The position numbers and the translations under genes were made by a program. A DNA stretch of 59,720 bases from a virus. Taxonomy: Duplodnaviria > Caudoviricetes. Every line of letters starts with the position of its first letter. The first letter of the stretch is position 1. Below are positions 1-8,019 of the stretch, one piece after another. The notes below the pieces were generated by a model. That model searched no databases, was not told the origin of the DNA, and saw only the letters and a program-made list of their open reading frames with translations. The stretch spans positions 1 to 59,720 of the IMG/VR virus record IMGVR_UViG_3300045996_001340; one strand, given 5' to 3'.

Positions 1-143
1 TTCGTTTCCTTCACAGCTACGGTCACGGTGTGAGTCTCAGGCGTACGGTCGTAGACCTCGCACCATCCGCGCACAAAGTGAATCTTCAGGCCGATCAGGT
101 CGAAGTCTTTTTCACCGCAGAACTGGCAGATAACGTCACTCAC
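1..143 (-). CDS. Truncated small CxxC protein (MSDVICQFCGEKDFDLIG...)
   Basis: GTG start after GGAGAG RBS, overlapping the upstream stop; open to the window edge. Confidence 0.55.
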   Translation of the reverse strand, partial: MSDVICQFCGEKDFDLIGLKIHFVRGWCEVYDRTPETHTVTVAVKET

Positions 144-333
144 TAGGAATCTCTCCCATACCTAGCCTGAGCGGTGAGTCTTCCGATGCCTCCGAAAGCA
201 GGCGCAGGCAGTCCATACATGTCACTGCCGGCACTTCTTGAGTCTTGTGCGGCCACGTCGTGAGTGCGCCGCATATCACTCTGCTCTCGGTGATGTCCGC
301 GCTCGGGATCAGCTTGTGCATTTGATTACTCAT
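136..333 (-). CDS. Hypothetical Cys-containing early protein
   Basis: Coupled to neighbouring genes; CxxC; ends GEIPSE. Confidence 0.6.
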   Translation of the reverse strand: MSNQMHKLIPSADITESRVICGALTTWPHKTQEVPAVTCMDCLRLLSEASEDSPLRLGMGEIPSE

Positions 334-841
334 GGCTAGGAATCTTCGTTGGAGCGTTCACATACGGTTGCAACTCCGAGCGCAGCCACGCGAGAAAGCT
401 GTCGAGTGTCACGGCTGGCTCAGGATCTGCCCACGCTGCGACGGCGATGTCATCCAGAATCGCGCGCATCTGCGCGACTTCCGGCGGTTGTCCTGCTCTC
501 GCGTAGAGCGGGATGACTGTCCAGCGTTCGCTGTCGTGGTGATCGGATTCGCGCCATTTGCCGTGCGACACTTCGTGGCGTCCGTCAGGAAACACGCGAG
601 CCCAGCCCATCGGCTCTGTAGCCGCGGGCGGTTCGATAACGGGCATGGAGCGCAAGGTGTCGTCGACAGCGTGCAGTCGATCGCGCAGGCACTTGAGCCA
701 CGTGTGCAGGTAGAACTTGCCCGCACCGGTTTTCACGGCCAGCGGCACGCGCTTGTTTACGTCCAGCTCAAGGTGCAGCGCATACAGGATGCTTTTCATC
801 TCTTCCTGTAGCCGCTCTTTCGATGGCAATAGCTCAGACAT
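326..841 (-). CDS. Mosaic early protein, allelic variant of 58759-59619
   Basis: Same first 8 aa (MSELLPSK) and C-terminal module, different middle. Confidence 0.75.
   Translation of the reverse strand: MSELLPSKERLQEEMKSILYALHLELDVNKRVPLAVKTGAGKFYLHTWLKCLRDRLHAVDDTLRSMPVIEPPAATEPMGWARVFPDGRHEVSHGKWRESDHHDSERWTVIPLYARAGQPPEVAQMRAILDDIAVAAWADPEPAVTLDSFLAWLRSELQPYVNAPTKIPSHE
344..633 (+). repeat. About 290-bp diverged copy of 58825-59114 (shared protein module)
   Basis: Ungapped alignment at offset 58481 with about 20 mostly synonymous substitutions; encodes PPAATEPMGW...YVNAPTK in both copies. Confidence 0.92.
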
Positions 842-1103
842 GAAGGCTCTCCATTCGCGGCATCTCGCTCTCTTTATCGGGCAGGTGACGCTTGCGCAGG
901 AACCACGGCTCGACGATCAATTCGTCACCATCGAGGGCGCAACGCACGACGTAGCCGTAGATCCGGGTCTTGCCGTATTTGTCGTCGATGTCGTACCGGT
1001 CGGCACGATGCGTGATCGTGCATTCGGTGTTGTCGTACTCTCCCCACTTGCCGCAAGGAAGAATGATTGCGATCTCGCCAACGCTGAACAGGTCCTTTGT
1101 CAT
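834..1103 (-). CDS. Hypothetical protein (SH3/KOW-like beta pattern)
   Basis: FSVGEIAI...YVVRC...EPWFLRK; coupled to neighbours. Confidence 0.65.
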   Translation of the reverse strand: MTKDLFSVGEIAIILPCGKWGEYDNTECTITHRADRYDIDDKYGKTRIYGYVVRCALDGDELIVEPWFLRKRHLPDKESEMPRMESLHV

Positions 1104-1191
1104 GACCGCTTGCTCCGTTTCTTGCGCCCAATGCGCAGCGCTGGCGGCATGCCAGGCATCACGCGATCGAACGCCGTTCTCGCGCGAGGAT

Positions 1192-1425
1192 TCATGCGCG
1201 CACCGTCAGGTACTCGTTGGCGATCTGGTGCAGCTTCTCAGCGAGCACTCGGGGGCCAAGCGTCTTGTGCAGCACCTCAGCAACGCGCAACGCCTCGCCC
1301 TGGCTGATGCCCGTCAGGAACAGGAGCCCTGCGAGCTGCAGCTCGAGTTTCTTCTCGGTGCGCGTCTCTTCCGGCTCGCGTTCGAGTCGGGCGGTCAGCA
1401 TCTTGATGTTGTCGGGGCGTGGCAT
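1192..1425 (-). CDS. Hypothetical protein
   Basis: AGGAG RBS upstream of ATG. Confidence 0.65.
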   Translation of the reverse strand: MPRPDNIKMLTARLEREPEETRTEKKLELQLAGLLFLTGISQGEALRVAEVLHKTLGPRVLAEKLHQIANEYLTVRA

Positions 1426-1541
1426 ATTGATTTCTCCTGTCCTAGTCTCGATCCATCAGCCACAGCACCACTGCTGCAGCGATCAGCCAGACCATCAATA
1501 CAATTGCTTCGGTAGTAGACATAGGCAGTTCGTGAGAGCTG

Positions 1542-1730
1542 TTACAGGTAGTCCGGTTCTGGCGCTTCGACGTTGAGTAGGTCGCGAAATTCCTGTTGCA
1601 GCTCTTTGCGACCTGCGTCCAGACCGTCTCGGTAGCCCTTGTCGAACCCAACGCGATAGCCCTTCATGTACTCCGCGTGGAGTCGGTCCTTCTCGCGCTG
1701 CTTCTTTGTCGTCTTGATCGCCACAGTCAC
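1542..1730 (-). CDS. Hypothetical protein with GxxxG repeats
   Basis: YMKGYRVGFDKGYRDGLDAG; directly downstream of a promoter. Confidence 0.65.
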   Translation of the reverse strand: MTVAIKTTKKQREKDRLHAEYMKGYRVGFDKGYRDGLDAGRKELQQEFRDLLNVEAPEPDYL

Positions 1731-1740
1731 GTTCCGTCAA

Positions 1741-1786
1741 TAGTTCCGTAGTTCCGGACGCTACGCGCATTTAGTTCCGGTGTCAA
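1741..1786 (-). promoter_or_regulatory. Sigma70-type promoter with three CGGAACTA operator-like sites
   Basis: TTGACA-17 nt-TAGCGT on the minus strand; TAGTTCCG at 1741, 1749 and 1772. Confidence 0.7.
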
Positions 1787-1800
1787 GCGGTCGGGGATGA

Positions 1801-2034
1801 CTAGAGTCGAATGGCGAGCCACTGCTCGACGGTGTCGTTACAGGCGTCGAGCTCGGCCAGCAGGTAGGACCAATCCTCGAGCGCCCACACGATGCGCTCG
1901 CCCATGGCAACGCGCAGCAATGCGTCGGCGCCTGGCCCTTCAGATTGAGCCAGGCGCCGAACCTTTACGCGGGAGTAGGTAGCGAGAACGGTCGCGGGGT
2001 CGGGGATGACAGATCTTGGTGACGTACGATCCAT
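1801..2034 (-). CDS. Hypothetical protein
   Basis: GAGG RBS; co-oriented with the early genes. Confidence 0.55.
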   Translation of the reverse strand: MDRTSPRSVIPDPATVLATYSRVKVRRLAQSEGPGADALLRVAMGERIVWALEDWSYLLAELDACNDTVEQWLAIRL

Positions 2035-2143
2035 GCGCCCCTCGCGATTAACGTTAACAAGGCGGCCCGCTGGCGGGCGGCGAGGCTTTCGCCCCTCGCA
2101 CGTTCCAGCGGGCCGCGCACGTCAACGGTTGCAGGTAGATTGC

Positions 2144-2347
2144 TCATACCTGTTTTGAGCCGGTGAGGCCGGGATTTGTTACGTCGGCGATGAACCGTTC
2201 GCGGTCGAAGCCGCGCGACTGCGCTTCCAGCGCGCTTGCCACGTAGCTGGCCGCCAGGATCACGCCCGCACGTTCTAACGGCCCCTTGGCTTCTGAATAC
2301 GCCTGCGCAAGGGCTGTCGATAGAGTGATGTAGTCGTGACGCGTCAT
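2144..2347 (-). CDS. Hypothetical phage protein (MTRHDY...FDRERF)
   Basis: GGAG RBS; motif typical of small phage early proteins. Confidence 0.65.
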   Translation of the reverse strand: MTRHDYITLSTALAQAYSEAKGPLERAGVILAASYVASALEAQSRGFDRERFIADVTNPGLTGSKQV

Positions 2348-2501
2348 GACTCCACCCCCGTGACTGTGAGCAACGTGTACAGGCAATGATGGCGGACCCA
2401 TGCGAGCGTTCCGACCTTGCGCGCCTTGTACCGGTAGGGCGCGACGTCGCGCGCCACCTCATAGCCTGCCGACTCGAACCGTCGCTTAGCGTTTTGAAGT
2501 G

Positions 2502-2819
2502 TCATGAGTAGTAGGTCCCCATAACGACACCTTGCCCTTCATTCATATCTACGAATCGGCAAAGCACTCCAGAGAAATGGCTGTCACCCTGATAGCCATC
2601 CCATTTGCGGAAACCCGCTTCTTCCATTTGCGGAGTCACGCCACTGTCCCAGTGCATGAAGTCTGAAAGATCATATGTGCACCCACAGAAGCGAACGAAC
2701 ATTGCACCATCGTCCGCGGTTCGGTAGGCGAAGTCTTCGCGTTCCTTGTCGGTCAGGTCGTCCCAATAAATCACGAGCCGGGGAACGTTGTTCGTGCGGA
2801 TTTTGTAGTGGTCGCTCAT
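2502..2819 (-). CDS. Hypothetical early protein
   Basis: AGGAG RBS; WDGYQGDSHFSG motif. Confidence 0.75.
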   Translation of the reverse strand: MSDHYKIRTNNVPRLVIYWDDLTDKEREDFAYRTADDGAMFVRFCGCTYDLSDFMHWDSGVTPQMEEAGFRKWDGYQGDSHFSGVLCRFVDMNEGQGVVMGTYYS

Positions 2820-2836
2820 GGCTCTTAACTCCTATG
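2815..2836 (+). repeat. 22-bp RBS/start repeat, identical to 3573-3594
   Basis: CTCATGGCTCTTAACTCCTATG at both sites; related copy near 4684. Confidence 0.85.
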
Positions 2837-2893
2837 ACGTTGTGGTGAGGATTCCCGGAACCGCACGCGTGAGCATGCGGAACCGCGGAAGCC

Positions 2894-3577
2894 TCACTCC
2901 CCGAAATAGAACTCTCGGCAGTACGCCAACAGCACGTCGCTATCTGCGGCCGTGTAGTCGGTCCAAGGTGTGCCCCAGTCCTGTACTTGCAGATACGCGC
3001 GAGTCACTTCACCGTCGTCCAATTCGCCCATGATGCGGACGGCAGGTCCGCCAGTGGACAGCAGGATCTTGAATTCTTCCGCGCCCGATCCGCTCGCATC
3101 GCCAAGCGAGCGCCATCCGTTGCGAACTTCGACGGACAACGGATCTTCCTGGATGCGTTGACGCGCATCGTCTTGTGACTCGCAGTCACCTGCCGCATCG
3201 GTGAGTTCTTTCAATTCCTCGCCGTTCTCTTCGTCCCACTCGGCCAGCGCTTTGCGTGCGTCGTCTAGATCGGTAGCGGAATCGCTAAGCACGACGCAGT
3301 TATCGCGCGCGTCCTGCGCTTCTTTCAATTCACCGGCAAGCGCTTGGCGTTCGTCCTTCAGTTCTTCGAGTCGGTCAAAGTCGCAGTTCAATGCCGCAAC
3401 CATTTCGGCCAGCGCAGCATACGCGCCGCGACCAATCTCCATCAGCGCATCATGCTTGTCCGAGTCGCGCTTCTCGTCGGCTTCGAATTCTTCCAACGCT
3501 TCCGCCGCGGCGATAGATGGCGCCGGCGCGGCTTTGTTGGCGATCTTTCGCAAAGCTTCTTTCAGTACGTAACTCAT
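2894..3577 (-). CDS. Acidic coiled-coil early protein
   Basis: AGGAG RBS; C-terminal ILLSTGGPAVRI...QDWGTPW domain. Confidence 0.8.
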   Translation of the reverse strand: MSYVLKEALRKIANKAAPAPSIAAAEALEEFEADEKRDSDKHDALMEIGRGAYAALAEMVAALNCDFDRLEELKDERQALAGELKEAQDARDNCVVLSDSATDLDDARKALAEWDEENGEELKELTDAAGDCESQDDARQRIQEDPLSVEVRNGWRSLGDASGSGAEEFKILLSTGGPAVRIMGELDDGEVTRAYLQVQDWGTPWTDYTAADSDVLLAYCREFYFGE

Positions 3578-3658
3578 GGCTCTTAACTCCTATGTTCGGG
3601 CACGCGGGATTGCGCTCCAGCATGCGCCGTACGTTGTGCACGGCGCATGGTGCAACGA

Positions 3659-3946
3659 TCAATCGGCGTTGTCGGGGTACTCCGAGCGTGCGTCCGGTCC
3701 TGCGTTTTGACCGGTATACGTCGCGCCGCGATTCTCAGACCATCGAAAAATGATCGTCGACCCGTCGTAGTACGTGCCGACAAGCTTTGTGCACCGGCCT
3801 GCATCGTTGCGCTTCATTTCGCGCACCCGGCAAGGGCCGAAGATGTAGCGCGTTCCGTCGCGACGCACGGCATAGCCTCCGGCCAATGTCACAGCAACAA
3901 AGTCGCCGGACGTGAGATTCGTTGCAATTTCAACTGCGGTTTGCAT
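3659..3946 (-). CDS. Hypothetical protein
   Basis: GGAGG RBS. Confidence 0.65.
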   Translation of the reverse strand: MQTAVEIATNLTSGDFVAVTLAGGYAVRRDGTRYIFGPCRVREMKRNDAGRCTKLVGTYYDGSTIIFRWSENRGATYTGQNAGPDARSEYPDNAD

Positions 3947-4086
3947 GGTTCAGCCCTCCAGAACAACAGTCATTGCGATGCCCAGCGACGCCATGCAGTC
4001 GAGCGTCCACTGTGACGGCGGCCAAAGACCTTCGTACTGTGCCAGTACGCGGCCCGATGCGATATCGGTGAGGGTGATGAAGTGCA

Positions 4087-4305
4087 TCACAGCGCCCCCG
4101 GATCGGGGCGGAGGTTCTTGTATTCCTCCGACTCAAGGACCGCATCACCAACGGATGCAGCCATCTGTTCCCAGTCTTCGGCCGCTTTCTCATCGCCGCG
4201 GTCATGCGCGGCAGTCGAGTGAAAAAGACAAGCTTCTGTCACGAGTTGCAGCATCGCATCAACGCCATGCTCGGCAACGTATCGGTTAACGTCATCTTGC
4301 ATCAT
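4087..4305 (-). CDS. Hypothetical protein
   Basis: GGAGG RBS. Confidence 0.65.
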   Translation of the reverse strand: MMQDDVNRYVAEHGVDAMLQLVTEACLFHSTAAHDRGDEKAAEDWEQMAASVGDAVLESEEYKNLRPDPGAL

Positions 4306-4308
4306 GAC

Positions 4309-4686
4309 TCAGCCCCTCCGATTAGCAGCACGGAACGCGGCAACGCTGGCATAACCCTGCGTCTTAGCGATGCGTGCGTCGCTGGGGGCGTCGATCACTC
4401 GCGCGCCTAGTTCCGTCGCTTCGTTCGCCCAACGCAGATCATTGGCGAGCATATCGAGTGCACGGCTGTCGGTGAGATTGAACCCGTCTTCGACCCACAG
4501 TTCCGCAACGGTGAACTCCACCGTCCAGCGAAACGCCTTGTCTTTGCGCTTCAAAGACTCTGCGTCCTGTGCTGCCTTGATGGCGTCGATACCCGCGCGC
4601 CGGTCTGCTTCGTGCAGCTTGCTGGCCGGGTTTTCGAGGATGGCGCTCAACGCGTCCCAGAGAATGGATTGAATCGTCTTTTGCAT
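4309..4686 (-). CDS. Hypothetical protein
   Basis: AGGAG RBS. Confidence 0.7.
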   Translation of the reverse strand: MQKTIQSILWDALSAILENPASKLHEADRRAGIDAIKAAQDAESLKRKDKAFRWTVEFTVAELWVEDGFNLTDSRALDMLANDLRWANEATELGARVIDAPSDARIAKTQGYASVAAFRAANRRG

Positions 4687-4759
4687 GGCTCATTGCTCCT
4701 ATGCTTGGTTTGATGGATCAACTAACTAACTTGTGACGTCTCCACGTCGGATCTGTGAA

Positions 4760-4966
4760 CTACTGCGCGCACGTGCGGCCGCAGGTAACGCTTGGCGTCG
4801 CTACGTGACCTGCATCACGTTGCGCGCCGCCGTGGTCCAGTTCATGCGCAGCCACTGCGCCAGCAACCAACACTCCGCCCGCGATCCACGCGACGCGCTT
4901 CTGTGTGGGCGTCATGCTGCAGGCACTCGCCAGCATCGCGGCCAGAACAATCAGTGCGCGCATCAT
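4760..4966 (-). CDS. Small lipoprotein (possible superinfection-exclusion factor)
   Basis: MMRALIVLAAMLASAC lipobox followed by a second hydrophobic helix; function is inferred. Confidence 0.65.
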   Translation of the reverse strand: MMRALIVLAAMLASACSMTPTQKRVAWIAGGVLVAGAVAAHELDHGGAQRDAGHVATPSVTCGRTCAQ

Positions 4967-5106
4967 TTGCACTCCAGGGCTGTGCCCTTCAGGTAGAACG
5001 CAGCGCGACTCGGCTCGCACGTGCGCGGCGTGAATGCCGCAATCGATAGCGCCACGTAGGCGAGGAGTGCGAGGGCGGCCAAAACGATTAGTGAGCGAGT
5101 GTTCAT
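4963..5106 (-). CDS. 47-aa membrane-anchored protein (MNTRSLIVLAALALLAYVALSIAAF...ALECK)
   Basis: Manual translation; stop overlaps the lipoprotein start; appears leaderless. Confidence 0.55.
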   Translation of the reverse strand: MNTRSLIVLAALALLAYVALSIAAFTPRTCEPSRAAFYLKGTALECK

Positions 5107-5114
5107 GTGGCGAT

Positions 5115-5142
5115 ACGATACCTGTGTTTTAGTTCCGGTCAA
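5115..5142 (-). promoter_or_regulatory. Promoter-like TTGACC-16 nt-TATCGT with overlapping CCGGAACTA site
   Basis: Read on the minus strand, 8 nt upstream of ATG 5106. Confidence 0.5.
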
Positions 5143-5425
5143 TAGGCGTTGACACTTCTCGACAAAGATATCTGTACGCTTTCAGAAACCACTCGGGCCG
5201 CCGGTCGCGCTTGCGGCCAATCAGCACGTTGCACGGCTGACAGATCAAGCCACGCACTACGCTAGTTTTGTGACAGTGGTCGACGATCAACCGCGCACTT
5301 TGGCCACAGATATCGCAGCAGCCGTCACGGATAGCTTCCATCGCGGCCAGCTCTCGTTCGGTCAGCCCGTACTTGCACAGCTTGTTCTTGCGCCGCTGCA
5401 AGGGCGCATTTAGGTAGTCTTTCAT
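5129..5425 (-). CDS. Recombination endonuclease VII family nuclease
   Basis: KYGL...CDIC...VDHCH...VRGLICQPCN. Confidence 0.88.
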   Translation of the reverse strand: MKDYLNAPLQRRKNKLCKYGLTERELAAMEAIRDGCCDICGQSARLIVDHCHKTSVVRGLICQPCNVLIGRKRDRRPEWFLKAYRYLCREVSTPIDRN

Positions 5426-5778
5426 TCGAGCCACTCGGCCGCCTTCGGTACACGGTAGTTCCGGACCGCGCTAGACAGCTGGCGGTTGATCCCTCGTGCT
5501 TTGAGCGCCGCACGCCATTCGCCGCGCAACGCCAGCGCCTTCGCTTCCTTCATGAGCTTGGCCGCGTGCAACAGGGCCTCGGAGACATTCGTAAGCAATT
5601 GATCGAAGTGCTTGCGCTCCTGTTCGAACGCGCCGCGGTCCATCTTACGACGGATCGAGCGCAGCTCGACAGCACGGGCTGCACTCTTTACAGCGGAACA
5701 TTCAACGCAGTTGCCGTTGGATCGGTAGCGCTTGGTATGGCCTGCGACGCACGGTTGACCGTCATAGAAACCCTTCAT
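5422..5778 (-). CDS. Hypothetical protein with N-terminal Zn-knuckle
   Basis: FYDGQPCVAGH..RY.SNGNCVEC; GAGG RBS; ends EWLE. Confidence 0.7.
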   Translation of the reverse strand: MKGFYDGQPCVAGHTKRYRSNGNCVECSAVKSAARAVELRSIRRKMDRGAFEQERKHFDQLLTNVSEALLHAAKLMKEAKALALRGEWRAALKARGINRQLSSAVRNYRVPKAAEWLE

Positions 5779-5931
5779 TTGTGACCTCGGGGTGAGTGTG
5801 TGGCATGACCATTATACTCGCACATAGATGGATTGTGTAAGTAAGTAAGCCGTTTAGTGGGTCTGTGGAGTAAAACGGTTGAAATCAACCGAATTCCTCC
5901 ATCACGTACACGACTGCTTAACCGGGTCTGT

Positions 5932-5961
5932 GGATTAAGGTGTATTTAAACACCTTAATCC
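5932..5961. repeat. Perfect 12-bp inverted repeat in the divergent intergenic region
   Basis: GGATTAAGGTGT-ATTTAA-ACACCTTAATCC. Confidence 0.85.
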
Positions 5962-6089
5962 CGACGGTTGAGCCTGTACCAAGGGAGGGGGAGAGAGTGT
6001 GCAACTCACACAGCGCCAATACGGCCGGCGAGCATGCAACTGGGCTCACGATCCACGCCTATCGAGCCAGTGCCCGGCCACTTGCACGC

Positions 6090-6102
6090 TAAGTCATTGA
6101 TT
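6090..6102 (-). promoter_or_regulatory. IHF consensus site
   Basis: Reverse complement AATCAATGACTTA matches WATCAANNNNTTR. Confidence 0.6.
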
Positions 6103-6293
6103 TGTATAGCATGACGCCACCCTGTCGTAGGGTGTTCGCCGGCCAATAGGCGCGTTAACGTGCTGATAACAAAGGGCTTTTGGGGTTTCGGGGATGATGG
6201 GACGTCATCCCTCTCATGCAAATTTTTCCAGCTTCAGCCCATTACCCTTTCACAGATCCCATAAGTCCGACGTTTCACCTCTGTGTCAGTCAA

Positions 6294-6311
6294 AGTTCCG
6301 ACCGGAACATG
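6294..6311. promoter_or_regulatory. Operator-like palindrome AGTTCCGACCGGAAC
   Basis: Exact copies at 23494, and reverse-complemented at 35491 and 53629. Confidence 0.75.
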
Positions 6312-6339
6312 TTGCCGCCTCACCCGCTCTAGTTCCGGT

Positions 6340-6546
6340 ATGAAGACTCCACCTCGCCCTGATAAGCCGCTTGTCCCTCCTGTGGCCAAGCCGAAGACCT
6401 ACCGGATCATCAAGTCGTTCAGCTTGCTGTGGTTCACCGAGAACGTGAACGACGCCCTCGCCCCCGGCACGCAGCTCGTTGGCGGCCCGTTCATCGTGAT
6501 GACCGGCAACCTGCAGCTCGAATACTGTCAAGCCGTGCTCGAGTGA
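6340..6546 (+). CDS. DUF1737-like small protein
   Basis: YRII...VNDAL..G.QLVGGP...YCQAV pattern. Confidence 0.65.
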   Translation: MKTPPRPDKPLVPPVAKPKTYRIIKSFSLLWFTENVNDALAPGTQLVGGPFIVMTGNLQLEYCQAVLE

Positions 6547-6825
6547 AGAGGCGAAGGAAGCAGCCGGCGCCGCCGGCAACACGTGACGTGCGCCGATTGA
6601 AGTTGCCCGTGCGCTGTCCGTACGACTTGCCGATGTTCTCGATCGGCGTCGGCTGCTTCCGTGCGCCAAGAATGCGAGGAGCGAGCGAATGATCTCGAAG
6701 GTCAAGTTCCGCTGGAGCTACACGTACAGCAAGTGGCTGCTGAATCCGTTGAATCAGTGGCTCGTCAACCCGCATCTGCCGCAGGTGGCGTGGTGAACTC
6801 TCGGCGGCACGCATTCTCGCCGAGC

Positions 6826-6854
6826 TTGACTTAGTTCCGTAGTTCCGGGATAAT
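6826..6854 (+). promoter_or_regulatory. Sigma70-type promoter for the tRNA/late operon
   Basis: TTGACT-17 nt-GATAAT; the spacer TAGTTCCGTAGTTCCGG is identical to 1741-1757. Confidence 0.75.
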
Positions 6855-6976
6855 GTCTTTGCTGATACTCCCACCTGAGCTCCGGCACCGCGTCGGATAT
6901 CCCCACCAGTCCCCCGCCAGCGCATTTCGGAATTGGGCGGTCTTGGACTGATCCGGCGCGGTTTTGCCGCTCAGGG

Positions 6977-7060
6977 CGTTTATCGAGAGGCATCGGTTAC
7001 GGCCCTAGCGATCCCTGTACAGAGATTGCGAAGGACGTGGCTGGTGCCTCATGATAAACG
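6977..7060 (+). ncRNA. About 84-nt rod-like hairpin RNA of unknown function
   Basis: CGTTTATC/GATAAACG, GAGGCATC/GGTGCCTC, GGTTACG/CGTGGCT and GCGATC/GATTGC pair, with several G-U wobbles. Confidence 0.55.
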
Positions 7061-7061
7061 T

Positions 7062-7145
7062 GTAACGGTTGGTACATTGGAAGGTCCCGGCGGTTGTAAC
7101 CCGCCCGCTTCGGCCTTGGCGGTTCGACTCCGTCCCGTTTCACCA
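7062..7145 (+). tRNA. tRNA-Tyr(GTA)
   Basis: GGCGG-TTGTAAC-CCGCC anticodon arm, long variable arm, GGTTCGACTCC T-arm, CCA end; one acceptor mismatch. Confidence 0.8.
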
Positions 7146-7202
7146 CAAGTAGCGGCCCTTCCCCGAGGCGAGCGCCAATAAATTTCGGGGGAGCGATTCT
7201 GC

Positions 7203-7279
7203 GCACGAGTGGTCCAGCGGCCACGATGCTGAGCTCCAAACTCATGAGACGGGGGTTCGAGTCCCTCCTCGTTGCGCCA
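7203..7279 (+). tRNA. tRNA-Trp(CCA)
   Basis: TGAG-CTCCAAA-CTCA anticodon arm, GGTTCGAGTCC T-arm, G-CCA end; bulged acceptor stem. Confidence 0.8.
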
Positions 7280-7410
7280 AACGAAAATGCGGACACAAGA
7301 GCGACAGCAAGTCGCCACCCGCATAGCCGGCCCGGTTAGGGCCACACCACTTCCGGTCTTTACCGGGCCGCGCCGTACCCCGGCGCGATTTACACCCCCA
7401 GGAATCCTAC

Positions 7411-8019
7411 GTGTCCGAAGACCTTTCGTGGTTGGACATCGAGCCCGCGGCTGCACCGCGCGTCGAGTCTGCCAACAAGCTGACGAACGAGCGCAAGCGC
7501 GCGAAGTCGATGCACAAGGGCGTGCTGAAGAAAGGGCAGACGTGGGGATCAGACGGCGAGTTCGTCTACTTCCGCAGGAAGCAGGCGAACCCCGCCACGC
7601 TCGAGCGCCACAACCGCTTCATGGCGAATGGCGACTACAAGCACATCGACACGCAAGACGACGTCGAGATTTACAAGCTACAGGAATCCAGCCCCTTCAA
7701 ACGGGACCAGGCCGACCTGAGTTCGCTACCGCTCAACGTGGTACGTCGCACAGCGATTCTAGCGGCCTGCGCGCGCGACTGGGTTCTGTTCACCGATGCG
7801 CTCGAAGACTTGGCCTTCAAGATCAAGAACGCGCGCTACACCGACGGCCAGACCGCTGACGCGAATTTCGCGAAGCAGCTCTGGCAACAGCAGCTCGACT
7901 ACGTCTTTCGACTCATCGAGCTGCGTCGCGGCCCCGGTCAGTTCGACATCGATCGCGGCATGCAAGAGGTCCGCGCGCGTCGCGGGCACAACAGCCGGAC
8001 GCTGTACCTGCCGCAATGA
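7411..8019 (+). CDS. Hypothetical protein upstream of terminase
   Basis: AGGA RBS and GTG start; strong codon bias; coupled to the next gene. Confidence 0.8.
   Translation: MSEDLSWLDIEPAAAPRVESANKLTNERKRAKSMHKGVLKKGQTWGSDGEFVYFRRKQANPATLERHNRFMANGDYKHIDTQDDVEIYKLQESSPFKRDQADLSSLPLNVVRRTAILAACARDWVLFTDALEDLAFKIKNARYTDGQTADANFAKQLWQQQLDYVFRLIELRRGPGQFDIDRGMQEVRARRGHNSRTLYLPQ

Noticed and set aside
344-633. DGR template/variable repeat pair with 58825-59114
   Set aside because: No reverse transcriptase is present, and the differences are mostly synonymous and not adenine-specific.
6861-6925. Additional tRNA
   Set aside because: No T-loop or cloverleaf could be built.
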